Below the pieces are notes generated by a model, which ran no database searches, was not told the origin of the DNA, and was given only the letters and a program-made list of their open reading frames with translations. Below are positions 10,697 through 19,977 of a stretch of DNA of 61,361 bases, piece after piece; position 1 is the stretch's first letter; every line of letters begins with the position of its first letter. The translations under genes were made by a program, and so were the position numbers. The stretch is from assembly GCA_021780195.1 (NCBI GenBank), contig JAJXZE010000013.1, forward strand, positions 1-61,361. Direction: 5' to 3'. This DNA is from a bacterium (GTDB lineage: Bacteria; Patescibacteriota; Minisyncoccia; UBA6257; 2-01-FULL-56-20).

Positions 10697-12532
10697 ATGA
10701 AGGAAAAAATCCGCACCTTTATCGTCGTCCGAAAAATCGCCACGACGATCATCGCGTTCGCTCTTGCCGGCGTCGGCTATTATCTGACTGTTGGATTGCG
10801 CACGACGGCGACGGCGACCCAGTATGTGGTCGAAAATGCGTCACTCGGCGCGGTCGTCACCTCCGTCTCGGGGAGCGGGCAGGTGGACACCGTAACCCAG
10901 GTTGACGTGAAGCCGCAGACGACGGAAAACGTGACGCACGTCTACGTCGGCGTGGGGGATCGCGTTGCGGCCGGCCAGCTTTTGATCCAACTCGATACGA
11001 CGAATGAGGCGAAGGCGCTCGCACAGGCGCAGATTTCCCTCCAGTCGGCCAAGCTCGCCCTCGCGAAGCTCCAGGAGCCGCCGACCGCGACAACCCTGAC
11101 GCAGAGCGAGAATAGCGTCACCCAGGCCGAGGGCCAGCTTGCCGCGGCCTCAACCACGCTCGAGAAGGATTACCAGGGTGGCTTTGATTCCGTCTCGGGA
11201 AGCTTCGTTGATTTCCAGACCGTGATGAGCGAATTGCAGAGCTTCGTGATCGGCACGAACCTCAGCAAGTCCCAGGCGAACCCCGACGTATACGTGAACC
11301 TCATGCCGACCTATCTTCAGGCCCAGGCAAGCCCTTATCGCGATGCGGTGATGAGCTCGTTCCAGGCGGCGAACACGGCGTACCAGGCGAATCTTGCGGA
11401 TTATCAGGCGGCAAGCCGGTACTCATCTCCCTCGGCGCTCGACGCGCTTTTCGGCGAGACCTATGACACGGCGAAGCTCATCGGCGGCGCGGTGAAGGCA
11501 GTGAAAAGTTTGCTCGACTTCGTGACGACGAATTATCCGACGGGAAGCGGGTATGCCGCCCTGCCGTCGCTCACCGCGACGTATCAGACGAACTTCGGGA
11601 CCTACACCAATACCGCGAACGGCGACATCGCGAATCTTGCGGACGCCGTGAACACGATTGCGAGCGACAAGACCGCGCTCACGAATGCCCAGCTTTCCCT
11701 GACGGAAGCGGAACAATCACTCGCCCAGTTGAATGCGGGAACTGATCCGCTCGATATCCAGTCCCAGCAACTTTCCATACAGCAGGCCGAACTTTCGGTC
11801 GAGACCGCCCAGCAGAATCTTGACGCCGATTCCATCCGGTCGCCGATCGACGGTATCGTGTCGGCCATGCCTTCGGTCGTGGGAGGTAGCGTGCCTTCTC
11901 CCGCGGTGAGCGTGGTGGGGCAGGGCAAGGTGGCGGAGATCACCCTGAACGAAGTGGATGCCGCAAAGGTGGCGGTGGGGGACAATGCAACCCTGACCTT
12001 CGATGCCATAAGCGGGCTTTCGCTTGCGGGGAAGGTCGTGGAGATCGATCCCGTGGGCACGGTGAGCCAGGGAGTCGTAAATTACAACGTGAAGGTGAGT
12101 TTTGCGGAAGCAAGCGGTCAGGATCAGGTGAAGCCCGGGATGAGCGTGAACGCGGACATCGTGACCGCGGTGCATCAGAATGTTGTCGCCGTGCCGAACG
12201 CCGCGGTCGTAACCGCGGGATCCGCGAGCTACGTGCTCGAACCCGCGTCGCCGCTTCCCGCGGCGGAAGTCGCCGCGAGCGCGAACGGAGGCGTGGAGCT
12301 TTCCGCGTCGCCCGTGCGGGTACCCGTGGTCACGGGGATTTCAAATGATACACTCACCGAGATCGTTTCCGGCGTGAACGAAGGCGACCAGATCATCGTA
12401 CAGACCATTGCGGGAACGGCGGGAACCGGCGCGCCGGCCGTCGTATCATCCGCCGGAGCGCCGCGCGCCGGCTTGGGCGGCCTCGGAGGACTGGGAGGCG
12501 GCGGTATTTACCGGGCGGCCACGGGACGATGA
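10697..12532 (+). CDS. HlyD/MacA-type periplasmic adaptor (membrane fusion protein)
   Basis: N-terminal TM helix, lipoyl-like motif (GDRVAAGQLLIQLD), a long coiled-coil hairpin, a beta-barrel and a membrane-proximal domain. ABC ATPase and FtsX permease genes follow. Confidence 0.8.
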   Translation: MKEKIRTFIVVRKIATTIIAFALAGVGYYLTVGLRTTATATQYVVENASLGAVVTSVSGSGQVDTVTQVDVKPQTTENVTHVYVGVGDRVAAGQLLIQLDTTNEAKALAQAQISLQSAKLALAKLQEPPTATTLTQSENSVTQAEGQLAAASTTLEKDYQGGFDSVSGSFVDFQTVMSELQSFVIGTNLSKSQANPDVYVNLMPTYLQAQASPYRDAVMSSFQAANTAYQANLADYQAASRYSSPSALDALFGETYDTAKLIGGAVKAVKSLLDFVTTNYPTGSGYAALPSLTATYQTNFGTYTNTANGDIANLADAVNTIASDKTALTNAQLSLTEAEQSLAQLNAGTDPLDIQSQQLSIQQAELSVETAQQNLDADSIRSPIDGIVSAMPSVVGGSVPSPAVSVVGQGKVAEITLNEVDAAKVAVGDNATLTFDAISGLSLAGKVVEIDPVGTVSQGVVNYNVKVSFAEASGQDQVKPGMSVNADIVTAVHQNVVAVPNAAVVTAGSASYVLEPASPLPAAEVAASANGGVELSASPVRVPVVTGISNDTLTEIVSGVNEGDQIIVQTIAGTAGTGAPAVVSSAGAPRAGLGGLGGLGGGGIYRAATGR

Positions 12533-13272
12533 TGAGGACCATTATTGAATGTCGGAATATTAGGAAAACGTACCGCACGGGCAATGAGGATACGGTGGTG
12601 CTGAAGGGGATCTCCTTTTTGATAAATGAAGGCGAGTTCGTGGCGATCATGGGGCCCTCTGGATCGGGGAAATCGACCTTGATGCATATTCTCGGCGCAC
12701 TGGATACGCCGACGGGCGGCGAGTATTTTCTGGACGGCAGGAACATCGCGACTTTCACGGACGACGAACTCGCCGACATCCGCCGCGAGAAGATAGGATT
12801 CGTTTTCCAGGCATTCAATCTTCTTCCGCGCGCCACAGTGCTCCGGAACGTATCTCTCCCGCTTGTCTATGCGGGCGTGGAGAAGGAAAAACGCGAGAAG
12901 ATCGCGGAGGCGGCTCTTGACGACTCGGCATTCCCGAAAGCGTTCTGGCGCCATCATTCGAACCAGCTTTCCGGCGGCATGATGCAGAGAGTGGCGATTG
13001 CGCGCGCGCTCGTGAACGATCCGGCGCTCATCCTTGCGGACGAGCCGACCGGCAATCTCGATTCCAAGACGGGTGAAATGGTGTTGCACACTTTCCAATC
13101 CCTGAATGCCTCGCGGGGAAAAACCGTGGTTTTGATCACGCATGAACCGTACGTGGCGGAGCATGCCGGCCGCATCATCCATATTCTTGACGGTACCATC
13201 GTGAGCGACAAGAAAAACGATGCGCGCCGGATCGCGCGCAAAACCGACGACGAAGCCCATGAAACCCATTGA
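12529..13272 (+). CDS. ABC transporter ATP-binding protein (MacB/LolD/YknY type)
   Basis: Walker A GPSGSGKST, signature LSGGMMQRVAIARAL and Walker B LILADEPT. Confidence 0.95.
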   Translation: MMRTIIECRNIRKTYRTGNEDTVVLKGISFLINEGEFVAIMGPSGSGKSTLMHILGALDTPTGGEYFLDGRNIATFTDDELADIRREKIGFVFQAFNLLPRATVLRNVSLPLVYAGVEKEKREKIAEAALDDSAFPKAFWRHHSNQLSGGMMQRVAIARALVNDPALILADEPTGNLDSKTGEMVLHTFQSLNASRGKTVVLITHEPYVAEHAGRIIHILDGTIVSDKKNDARRIARKTDDEAHETH

Positions 13273-14500
13273 TCTTTTCGAGGAGACCTATGGCGCGGTG
13301 ATCGTGAACAAGGTTCGTTCCGGCCTCACCATGCTCGGCATCGTGATCGGCATCGCCTCCGTGATCGCCATGGTGGCGATCGGGCAGGGTGCCCAGGGGT
13401 CGATCCAGTCAAGTATCCAGTCGATCGGGTCAAATCTTATCATCATCATGCCCGGGGCTTCGCGGTCCATCGGTTCCACGGTGAGCGCGGGTCGGGGAAG
13501 CGCGGAGACGCTGACGCCGGATGATGCTGCCGCCATCGCGGCGTTGCCAAACGTGGCGGCCGTGGCGCAGGAGGTGAGCGGCCGCTATCAGGTGCTTTCG
13601 AACGGCCAGAATACCAATACGACCATTCTCGGCACGACCTCGGCGTATCCCGCGGTTCGCAACGTGCAGGTGGATCAGGGGAACTTCATCACCGACGCGG
13701 ATGTCGCCGTATCGAACCGCGTCGCGGTCATTGGCCCTACCGTGCTCCAGGATCTTTTTGGAAGCACGACGGCGACGGCAACGCCCGCCATGGCGCTCGA
13801 CGCGACGATCCGCATCAAAGGGGTCGATTTCAAGGTGGTCGGCGTCACGCTCTCAAAGGGCGGGAGCGGATTCAACAATCAGGACGATATGATCTACGTG
13901 CCGCTCTCCGCGGCCCAGCATTATCTTCTCGGAACCAGCGCCTATCTCACCGAGGTGGATGTCGAGGCGTCGAGCGAGGGGGCGATGGCCGGCGTGCAGG
14001 CCGCGATCACGAACCTTCTCCTCTCGCGGCATAATATCTCCGACCCGACGCAGGCGGATTTCAACGTGCTGAATCAGGCGGACATCGTGGCGGCGGCGTC
14101 TTCCGTCACGAACACCTTTACGATGCTTCTCGCCTCGATCGCGGGCATCTCGCTCCTTGTGGGAGGCATCGGCATCATGAATATGATGCTCACGACCGTC
14201 ACCGAGCGCACGCGCGAGATCGGCCTCAGGAAGGCGATCGGTGCGAAGAAGAAGGACATCACGCTCCAGTTCCTCTCCGAGGCGGTGATGCTCACGTTCA
14301 CCGGCGGCGCGGCGGGCATCGTGCTCGGGTGGCTCGCCGCGTTTCTCGTCACGTATTTCTCCGGCACGGCGACCTCGGTCTCGCTCGGTTCCGTGATCCT
14401 CGCCTTCGGCGTTTCGGCGGCAATCGGCATCATCTTCGGTTATTACCCCGCGAGACGCGCGGCGGGCCTGAGTCCCATCGAGGCCCTGCGGTACGAATGA
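13259..14500 (+). CDS. ABC transporter permease, MacB/FtsX family
   Basis: MacB_PCD-like extracytoplasmic domain plus a C-terminal FtsX 4-TM module (REIGLRKAIGAKKKDI). Confidence 0.9.
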   Translation: MKPIDLFEETYGAVIVNKVRSGLTMLGIVIGIASVIAMVAIGQGAQGSIQSSIQSIGSNLIIIMPGASRSIGSTVSAGRGSAETLTPDDAAAIAALPNVAAVAQEVSGRYQVLSNGQNTNTTILGTTSAYPAVRNVQVDQGNFITDADVAVSNRVAVIGPTVLQDLFGSTTATATPAMALDATIRIKGVDFKVVGVTLSKGGSGFNNQDDMIYVPLSAAQHYLLGTSAYLTEVDVEASSEGAMAGVQAAITNLLLSRHNISDPTQADFNVLNQADIVAAASSVTNTFTMLLASIAGISLLVGGIGIMNMMLTTVTERTREIGLRKAIGAKKKDITLQFLSEAVMLTFTGGAAGIVLGWLAAFLVTYFSGTATSVSLGSVILAFGVSAAIGIIFGYYPARRAAGLSPIEALRYE

Positions 14501-14548
14501 GCATGCCTCTGGCGCGTAAAAGGTCGGAAAAAATATTTTAAGAACATC

Positions 14549-14971
14549 ATGAACAAAACCATCGTTAAAAAGTACGGAGTGCACGTCGTATGGTGTGTCG
14601 TCGCGATCCTTGCCTTTGTGGGCGGCATGTATTACGGCGGGAGCGGTGTTTCCGCGAATACAACCGCATCTGCCGGCGGTGCGGGAGGATCGGCGCGCAC
14701 GGGTGCTTACGCGGGCCGCGCCGGAGGGGGATTCGTGTCCGGCACGGTGAGTGCGAAGGATGCCTCGAGCATCACGGTCCAGCTCCCGAACGGAAACTCG
14801 GAAGTGGTCTTCTACTCAACTTCGACCTCGGTCATTATGCCTTCGCCCGCGTCGATGACGGACGTGGCGACGGGGAGCGAGGTCTCGATCGGCGGTACGG
14901 CGAACGGCGACGGAAGCGTAACGGCACAGACGATCCAGCTTCGTCCGGCGGCACCGGCGGGCGGGAAGTAA
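14549..14971 (+). CDS. Membrane-anchored protein with a DUF5666-like beta domain (paralog of 10188-10676)
   Basis: N-terminal TM helix, G/A-rich linker, and C-terminal GTVSAKDASSITVQLPNG...GSEVSIGG...VTAQTIQLR. Confidence 0.5.
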   Translation: MNKTIVKKYGVHVVWCVVAILAFVGGMYYGGSGVSANTTASAGGAGGSARTGAYAGRAGGGFVSGTVSAKDASSITVQLPNGNSEVVFYSTSTSVIMPSPASMTDVATGSEVSIGGTANGDGSVTAQTIQLRPAAPAGGK

Positions 14972-14983
14972 GCGAGCCGGTAA

Positions 14984-15082
14984 GCGCTCCCTGCCGCCAC
15001 GTGCCTCATGAGCATCCATCCCTCGTAAATGCTCCTGAGGTCTGTGGCGGCAGGGAGCGCAACGCCGACATTTTTATTTTTT
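14984..15082 (+). terminator. Very long near-perfect hairpin followed by a T-run (terminator-like or structured element)
   Basis: The 17-bp perfect arms GCGCTCCCTGCCGCCAC (14984-15000) and GTGGCGGCAGGGAGCGC (15044-15060) enclose a second 12-bp stem with 1 mismatch. TTTTTATTTTTT lies at 15071-15082. Confidence 0.5.
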
Positions 15083-15132
15083 GACACCCCGCACCGTGCG
15101 GGTACATACTTATTAAGTACCCTAACTACCTC

Positions 15133-15552
15133 ATGGCATCAAAAGATGGAACTATCGTATCGTTGCTCTTCGGCATCGGGCGGAAGATGCGCGACGGGGA
15201 GGGAGAAGCGCCGCGGTATGCGATGCTTCATTTTCACGCCCTGCGATACATCGAGGGTAAGGGAAAACCCTTGATGCGCGAACTTGCCGCATTCCTCCGC
15301 GTGACACCTCCCGCCGCCACCCTGCTCGTCGAAGGACTCGTAAAGGACGGGCTTCTTGCGCGGTCGCTCGACGTGAAGGACCGCCGTGCGGTGCGGATCA
15401 TGCTTACCCAGAAGGGAAAAACATTTCTCGCGCAGGGCATCCGGAAAAAAATGCGCACGCTGAAAAAACTTTTCTCCGTCCTTTCGCCGAAGGAACATGA
15501 CCAGCTGATCGCGCTCCTTAGGAAAATCGGCGGCGGGGATCAGGCGGTATGA
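15133..15552 (+). CDS. MarR family transcriptional regulator
   Basis: Winged-HTH pattern (LHFHALRYIEGKG...MRELAAFLRVTPPAATLLVEGLVKDGLLAR..DVKDRR). Confidence 0.8.
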   Translation: MASKDGTIVSLLFGIGRKMRDGEGEAPRYAMLHFHALRYIEGKGKPLMRELAAFLRVTPPAATLLVEGLVKDGLLARSLDVKDRRAVRIMLTQKGKTFLAQGIRKKMRTLKKLFSVLSPKEHDQLIALLRKIGGGDQAV

Positions 15553-16709
15553 AGGGGGTGCTGATCATCCTCCTCGTCATGGAGGGACTGCTCGTTTTCG
15601 TACACCTTGCGGTCTACGAAACCGTAGGAGCTGCTTTTGGCGCGGGCAGTCCAATCATCGGGGTGATCTTCATCGCGCTCGCGTTCACCTTTGTCTCCGC
15701 GTCGCTTCTTGCGCGCCGGTATAAAAATGCGTTTGTGCGCGGCTATTACCGATTCGCCTCCTATTGGTTCGGCCTCATCCATTTTCTTTTTATCGGTGCG
15801 CTTGCCTTTCTTTTTTCAGCCGCCGTATTCTATTCATTTAATTATTACGTCTCCCCGGCGCTCATCGGAGCCGTTGCGTTCGGGGCGTTTTTCATGCTCC
15901 ATATCTATGGAACGTGGGAGAGCGGACGAGCCCGCGTGACGGATGTGGCGATCGCTCTGCGCGGCCTTCCCGTCGCATGGCAGGGGAAGCGGATCGTCTT
16001 TGTGAGCGATCTCCATCTCGGTAACGTGCGGGGAAAAGGTTTCGTAAAAAAGATAACCGCGAAAATAAACCGGCTCTCCCCCGAGGCGGTTTTCATCGGG
16101 GGCGACCTCTATGACGGCGTCGCGTGTGATGCGGCGGCGCTCATCGAGCCGCTCTCCGCGCTTCATGTACCGCAGGGAGTTTTCTTTGTGACCGGCAACC
16201 ACGAATATTATTTTCCGAAGGGCGAAACGGCGCCGGCGCTCGCGGCGATCCGCGCGGCCGGCATCCGGGTGCTCGATAACGAGAGAGTGGATCTCGAAGG
16301 AGTCGCGCTTATCGGGGTGGACGATGCCGCGTCGCGCCTCCCGCAGGACCTCGAAAACATCATGGCCCGCCTGATTCCTGCCGGTGAACGAAAAGAGCGG
16401 AAGGCACCGAATGAGCGCAGGGGAGAAGGCCCGAGTCCCGTGATCCTCCTGAAGCATGAACCGCGCGGACTGGCGGTTGCCGCCGCGGCGGGGGTTTCGC
16501 TCATGCTTTCCGGGCACACGCATCACGGACAGATATTCCCCATTGGCTATCTCACGAGCGTGAGCTACGGGGGATTCGACTACGGACTGAAGCGGTTCGG
16601 CGGCGGGGAAGGAATGCAGGTCTATATTTCGAGCGGGGCCGGCACCTGGGGGCCGCCGCTCCGGCTCGGGACGAGGTCCGAGATCGTCTGTATCACGCTT
16701 ACCGCTTAA
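15549..16709 (+). CDS. Membrane-bound metallophosphoesterase (YkuE-like)
   Basis: N-terminal TM helices and calcineurin-like motifs VSDLHLG, GGDLYD, GNHE and GHTHHGQ. Confidence 0.85.
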   Translation: MKGVLIILLVMEGLLVFVHLAVYETVGAAFGAGSPIIGVIFIALAFTFVSASLLARRYKNAFVRGYYRFASYWFGLIHFLFIGALAFLFSAAVFYSFNYYVSPALIGAVAFGAFFMLHIYGTWESGRARVTDVAIALRGLPVAWQGKRIVFVSDLHLGNVRGKGFVKKITAKINRLSPEAVFIGGDLYDGVACDAAALIEPLSALHVPQGVFFVTGNHEYYFPKGETAPALAAIRAAGIRVLDNERVDLEGVALIGVDDAASRLPQDLENIMARLIPAGERKERKAPNERRGEGPSPVILLKHEPRGLAVAAAAGVSLMLSGHTHHGQIFPIGYLTSVSYGGFDYGLKRFGGGEGMQVYISSGAGTWGPPLRLGTRSEIVCITLTA

Positions 16710-17263
16710 AGCTCCTTGAGGTCGCGCTTCCCGGGGTTCGGCGCGGCCATGAGGATCAGGATCAGGGCAAAGATCGTGAGCGACATCGTGGGGATCGTCA
16801 CGTAGCCGTATTCAAGGAAATAGAGCGCCGTGCAGGAAGGGCCGGTGGCGGCACAGGGGAGGACCGATGCTCCTCCGAACTGGATGAAGGTGTGGTAGAG
16901 CGCCACGAGCGCGCCTAAGCTCGAAAGGATGAAGGCGTGGAAACGCATGCCCTCGTCCTTTTTGAGGAGCGCGGTGAAGAACAAGATGGTCTGCGGGTAG
17001 AGAAAGATCCTCTGCCACCAGCAGAGATCGCAGGGCGGGAATCCGATGATGTTCGAATAGAGCAGGCTACCGCCGGTTGCCACGAGGGCAGTGAGGAAGG
17101 CAAGGAGGATCGCCCGTTCGCCCACGAAGTCGGCGATCTCGCGGGTCACGCCGCGCCTTTTGAGCGGGGTGATAAGGATGACGAAAAGCGCCACGGCCGC
17201 CACGTCGAGGACGACGGTTCCAAAGGAAAGAAGGTCGGTGATTCCCTGGGCGAACGGCGTCAT
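16706..17263 (-). CDS. Disulfide bond formation protein B (DsbB/BdbC family)
   Basis: Four TM segments, the CDLCWWQR motif and a second Cys pair (LPCAATGPSC). Confidence 0.8.
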   Translation of the reverse strand: MTPFAQGITDLLSFGTVVLDVAAVALFVILITPLKRRGVTREIADFVGERAILLAFLTALVATGGSLLYSNIIGFPPCDLCWWQRIFLYPQTILFFTALLKKDEGMRFHAFILSSLGALVALYHTFIQFGGASVLPCAATGPSCTALYFLEYGYVTIPTMSLTIFALILILMAAPNPGKRDLKEL

Positions 17264-17267
17264 GGCC

Positions 17268-17696
17268 TTATGTCGAGGTGGGCAGGGGGCATCCGGTCTT
17301 CTCTGAGAGCGCCTGGAGCGACATCACGCCGGTCGAGCTCGATCCGTCGGGGAAATGCCACGTGGGATATTCCTGGATGCCTTTCGCGATGCAGGCGGGC
17401 GTTTGGCCCGATTCGTCAGGAAGGGAGCATTCGACGTAGGGAAGATACTGGGCGCCCGTGCCGAATTCGGCTTTCTGATCGTGGCAATGCGGGCACCAGA
17501 ACGCGCCGTAGAAGGTTGTCGAGGTGTTTGCGATGCATTTTGCGAACGCGTCGTATTTCCCGGCAGGGGGAGGAATGGTTTCGATATAAATGAAGATGGC
17601 GAGCAGGGCGGCGATCACGATGCATATCCACATCGCCACCTTGACCCTTCTTGCCTTCTTATCCCGCGCAATCTGTTGTTTTGCCTCGTCTTTCAT
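17268..17696 (-). CDS. Membrane-anchored thioredoxin-fold protein (CPHC active site)
   Basis: TM anchor and a WCPHCH motif. Sits directly upstream of dsbB on the same strand. Only the last 142 codons of the 470-aa track ORF are credible, because the remainder is antisense to a sigma-factor gene. Confidence 0.75.
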   Translation of the reverse strand: MKDEAKQQIARDKKARRVKVAMWICIVIAALLAIFIYIETIPPPAGKYDAFAKCIANTSTTFYGAFWCPHCHDQKAEFGTGAQYLPYVECSLPDESGQTPACIAKGIQEYPTWHFPDGSSSTGVMSLQALSEKTGCPLPTST

Positions 17697-17795
17697 CGTG
17701 GTCTCTGCAAGTAAGAGAAGTATACCATACCGCCCCCCGAAACAAAACGCGCGGCTGGTTCGTACTATAATGAGTCGGGAGAGGTCCTCAAGAGA

Positions 17796-18368
17796 ATGCC
17801 TATGCCATCCACGAAAACCGACGAGGAAATTGCCGCATCGGTGCAGGAGGGGGACGTCGATTCGTTCCGTGAACTCATGGAGCGGTACGAACCGAAACTC
17901 GCGCGCTACGCCCGGCGCTTTCTTTTCGATGTGGATGAGTCGAAGGATCTTCTCCAGGAGGTGTTCATCAAGGCGTACACCAACCTTAAGAGCTTCGATC
18001 GCTCGCGGCGGTTCTCGCCGTGGATCTACCGCATCGCCCATAATGAATTCGTAAACGCCCTGCGGAAAAGGAAAAACGATCGCGACAACGTCTCCATATT
18101 CGATTTTGACGTCCTTCTGCCGCATCCGGCGGCGAAGGAGACCGCGGACGGCGAAGCGGGACAGAAAGAGCTCCGCGCGGCCCTGGACCGTTTTCTCTCG
18201 AAGATCGACCCAAAATACCGTGAGACCCTGACGCTCTATTATTTCGACGAGATGGACTACCGTGAGATTGCGGAGATCATGCACGTGCCCGTTTCGACGG
18301 TCGGGGTGCGGCTCCAGCGGGGGAAGACCCTGCTTCGAAAGATGGTCGAGGGGGAAAACGTAGCATAA
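17796..18368 (+). CDS. ECF (sigma-70 family) RNA polymerase sigma factor
   Basis: Region 2 (DLLQEVFIKAY..FSPWIYRIAHN) and region 4 HTH (YREIAEIMHVPVSTVGVRLQRG) are present. Confidence 0.85.
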   Translation: MPMPSTKTDEEIAASVQEGDVDSFRELMERYEPKLARYARRFLFDVDESKDLLQEVFIKAYTNLKSFDRSRRFSPWIYRIAHNEFVNALRKRKNDRDNVSIFDFDVLLPHPAAKETADGEAGQKELRAALDRFLSKIDPKYRETLTLYYFDEMDYREIAEIMHVPVSTVGVRLQRGKTLLRKMVEGENVA

Positions 18369-18369
18369 T

Positions 18370-19164
18370 ATGACTACCGCCATGGACCAGGAAGAAAAAG
18401 AGATCAATAACGGCGTCATCGAGGCCATTAGGAGCGGCAAGGCGAAGATGCGGCCGAAGTGGCATTTTGTCCTGCAGGCGTCGCTCGTCGCGACCGTCGG
18501 CCTGCTGGTATTCTTCGTCGCCGTGTACATGGCGAGCTTCGCCGTTTTCGAGCTTGACGAAACCGGCCTGTGGTTCGTGCCGGCGTTCGGCGCCGCCGGA
18601 TGGACCGAATTCTTCGGCTCCCTGCCCTGGGTGATGATCTTTCTCTGCGCCGTGGCGATCCTACTCGTCATCATCATCATGCGCCGGTACTCCTTCGGCT
18701 ATCACTGGCCCATTCTTTATTCCCTGCTCGCCGTCATCATCATCGCGTCCGGCGGAAGCGCGCTCGTCACGCGTACGCCTCTCTACGATGCGCTTTTTCA
18801 CCTCCGGAAGGACGGTTCGCGGATCCCCGTGCTTGGGAACTGGTACGGCGCGTTTGCGGTGCCCGAGATCGACCGCGTATACCGCGGAGAGGTGCTTACG
18901 GTGGCGACGAGCGGCTTCATATTGAAGGATTTCCGGGGCCATACCTCGTCGATCGTCGTGGCGACCGATACCTCCCTTCCGAACGGTGCGTACTTCGCCC
19001 CCGGGGACACGGTGGTGATCCTCGGCGACCGCATTGCGACCGACACGATCAGGTCGGAAGGGGTGGTACGCCTCGTTGCGGCGGAACCCGCCGCTCCGGA
19101 GGCGCCGCCAGCATCATCCGCGTCATCCGCGCCCGCGGTATTTCCCGCCTCTTCCGGACAGTGA
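18370..19164 (+). CDS. Multi-pass membrane protein, putative anti-sigma factor, with a C-terminal DUF5666-like domain
   Basis: Starts 2 nt after the sigma gene stop. Several TM helices. C-terminal pattern YRGEVLTVATSGFILKD...GDTVVILGDR. Confidence 0.45.
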   Translation: MTTAMDQEEKEINNGVIEAIRSGKAKMRPKWHFVLQASLVATVGLLVFFVAVYMASFAVFELDETGLWFVPAFGAAGWTEFFGSLPWVMIFLCAVAILLVIIIMRRYSFGYHWPILYSLLAVIIIASGGSALVTRTPLYDALFHLRKDGSRIPVLGNWYGAFAVPEIDRVYRGEVLTVATSGFILKDFRGHTSSIVVATDTSLPNGAYFAPGDTVVILGDRIATDTIRSEGVVRLVAAEPAAPEAPPASSASSAPAVFPASSGQ

Positions 19165-19365
19165 AATATGGCTTCCATGGCCGTGTAGTAATGAGTGTTG
19201 AGCTCGACAGCAAAGGCCGCCGCAATAAATAAACAGAATAAAATAATATATCGCGTAATACATCCAAGGAAACCTGAATAAAATAAGCTCCCTGCACCTC
19301 TTTAGGTGTCGCGCCCTCCGCCCCGCTTCGACCCGGGCCGGAGGGTTTGCTATAATAAGGGAATC

Positions 19366-19938
19366 ATGGCGCGAGAAGACTTCATTGATATTCCGGAGCC
19401 GGCGGTGGCCCGGTTCCTTTTTGGAAGCACGCGCTTCGGCTGGGCGTGGTTCGCACTCCGGCTTTACGTGGGGTGGGAATGGATCACCGCGGGATGGGAA
19501 AAGCTTGCAAGCCCTGCATGGACGGGACCGCAGGCCGGGAGCGCGCTCCGGGGATTTTTGAGCGGCGCGCTCGCGAAAGCGGGAGGAGCGCACCCCGATG
19601 TTTCCGCCTGGTACGGCGCGTTCCTCTCTCATGTCGCCCTGCCTCATGCCGTGCTTTTTTCATATGTCGTCACGTGGGGAGAGCTCCTGGTCGGCGCGGG
19701 CCTCATGGTCGGCGCTTTCACCGGGATCGCCGCGTTCGCAGGCGCCTTCATGAACCTGAACTATCTTTTTGCGGGGACGGTGAGCGTGAACCCCTTGCTT
19801 TTCCTCATCGAGCTTTTCCTGATCCTTGCCTGGCGCACCGCCGGATGGTGGGGGATTGACCGGTGGCTTCTTCCCGCGCTCGGCGTCCCGTGGCGACCCG
19901 GAAAAGTGTTCACGCGCGGTGCATCCGCCTCTTCTTAG
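19366..19938 (+). CDS. DoxX-like membrane protein
   Basis: Four hydrophobic helices and a DoxX-type N-terminal pattern (LRLYVGWEWITAGWEK). A TGcTATAAT box at 19348-19356 lies 9 nt before the ATG. Confidence 0.55.
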   Translation: MAREDFIDIPEPAVARFLFGSTRFGWAWFALRLYVGWEWITAGWEKLASPAWTGPQAGSALRGFLSGALAKAGGAHPDVSAWYGAFLSHVALPHAVLFSYVVTWGELLVGAGLMVGAFTGIAAFAGAFMNLNYLFAGTVSVNPLLFLIELFLILAWRTAGWWGIDRWLLPALGVPWRPGKVFTRGASASS

Positions 19939-19977
19939 CCGCGCATCAGCATTGTTTCGGCCCCGCCACGCCCCGTC

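Noticed and set aside
17697-18680. N-terminal 328 codons of the 470-aa ORF 17268-18680
   Set aside because: This part is antisense to the ECF sigma and anti-sigma genes. Only the last 142 codons (TM anchor plus CPHC thioredoxin fold), starting at the ATG at 17696, look real.
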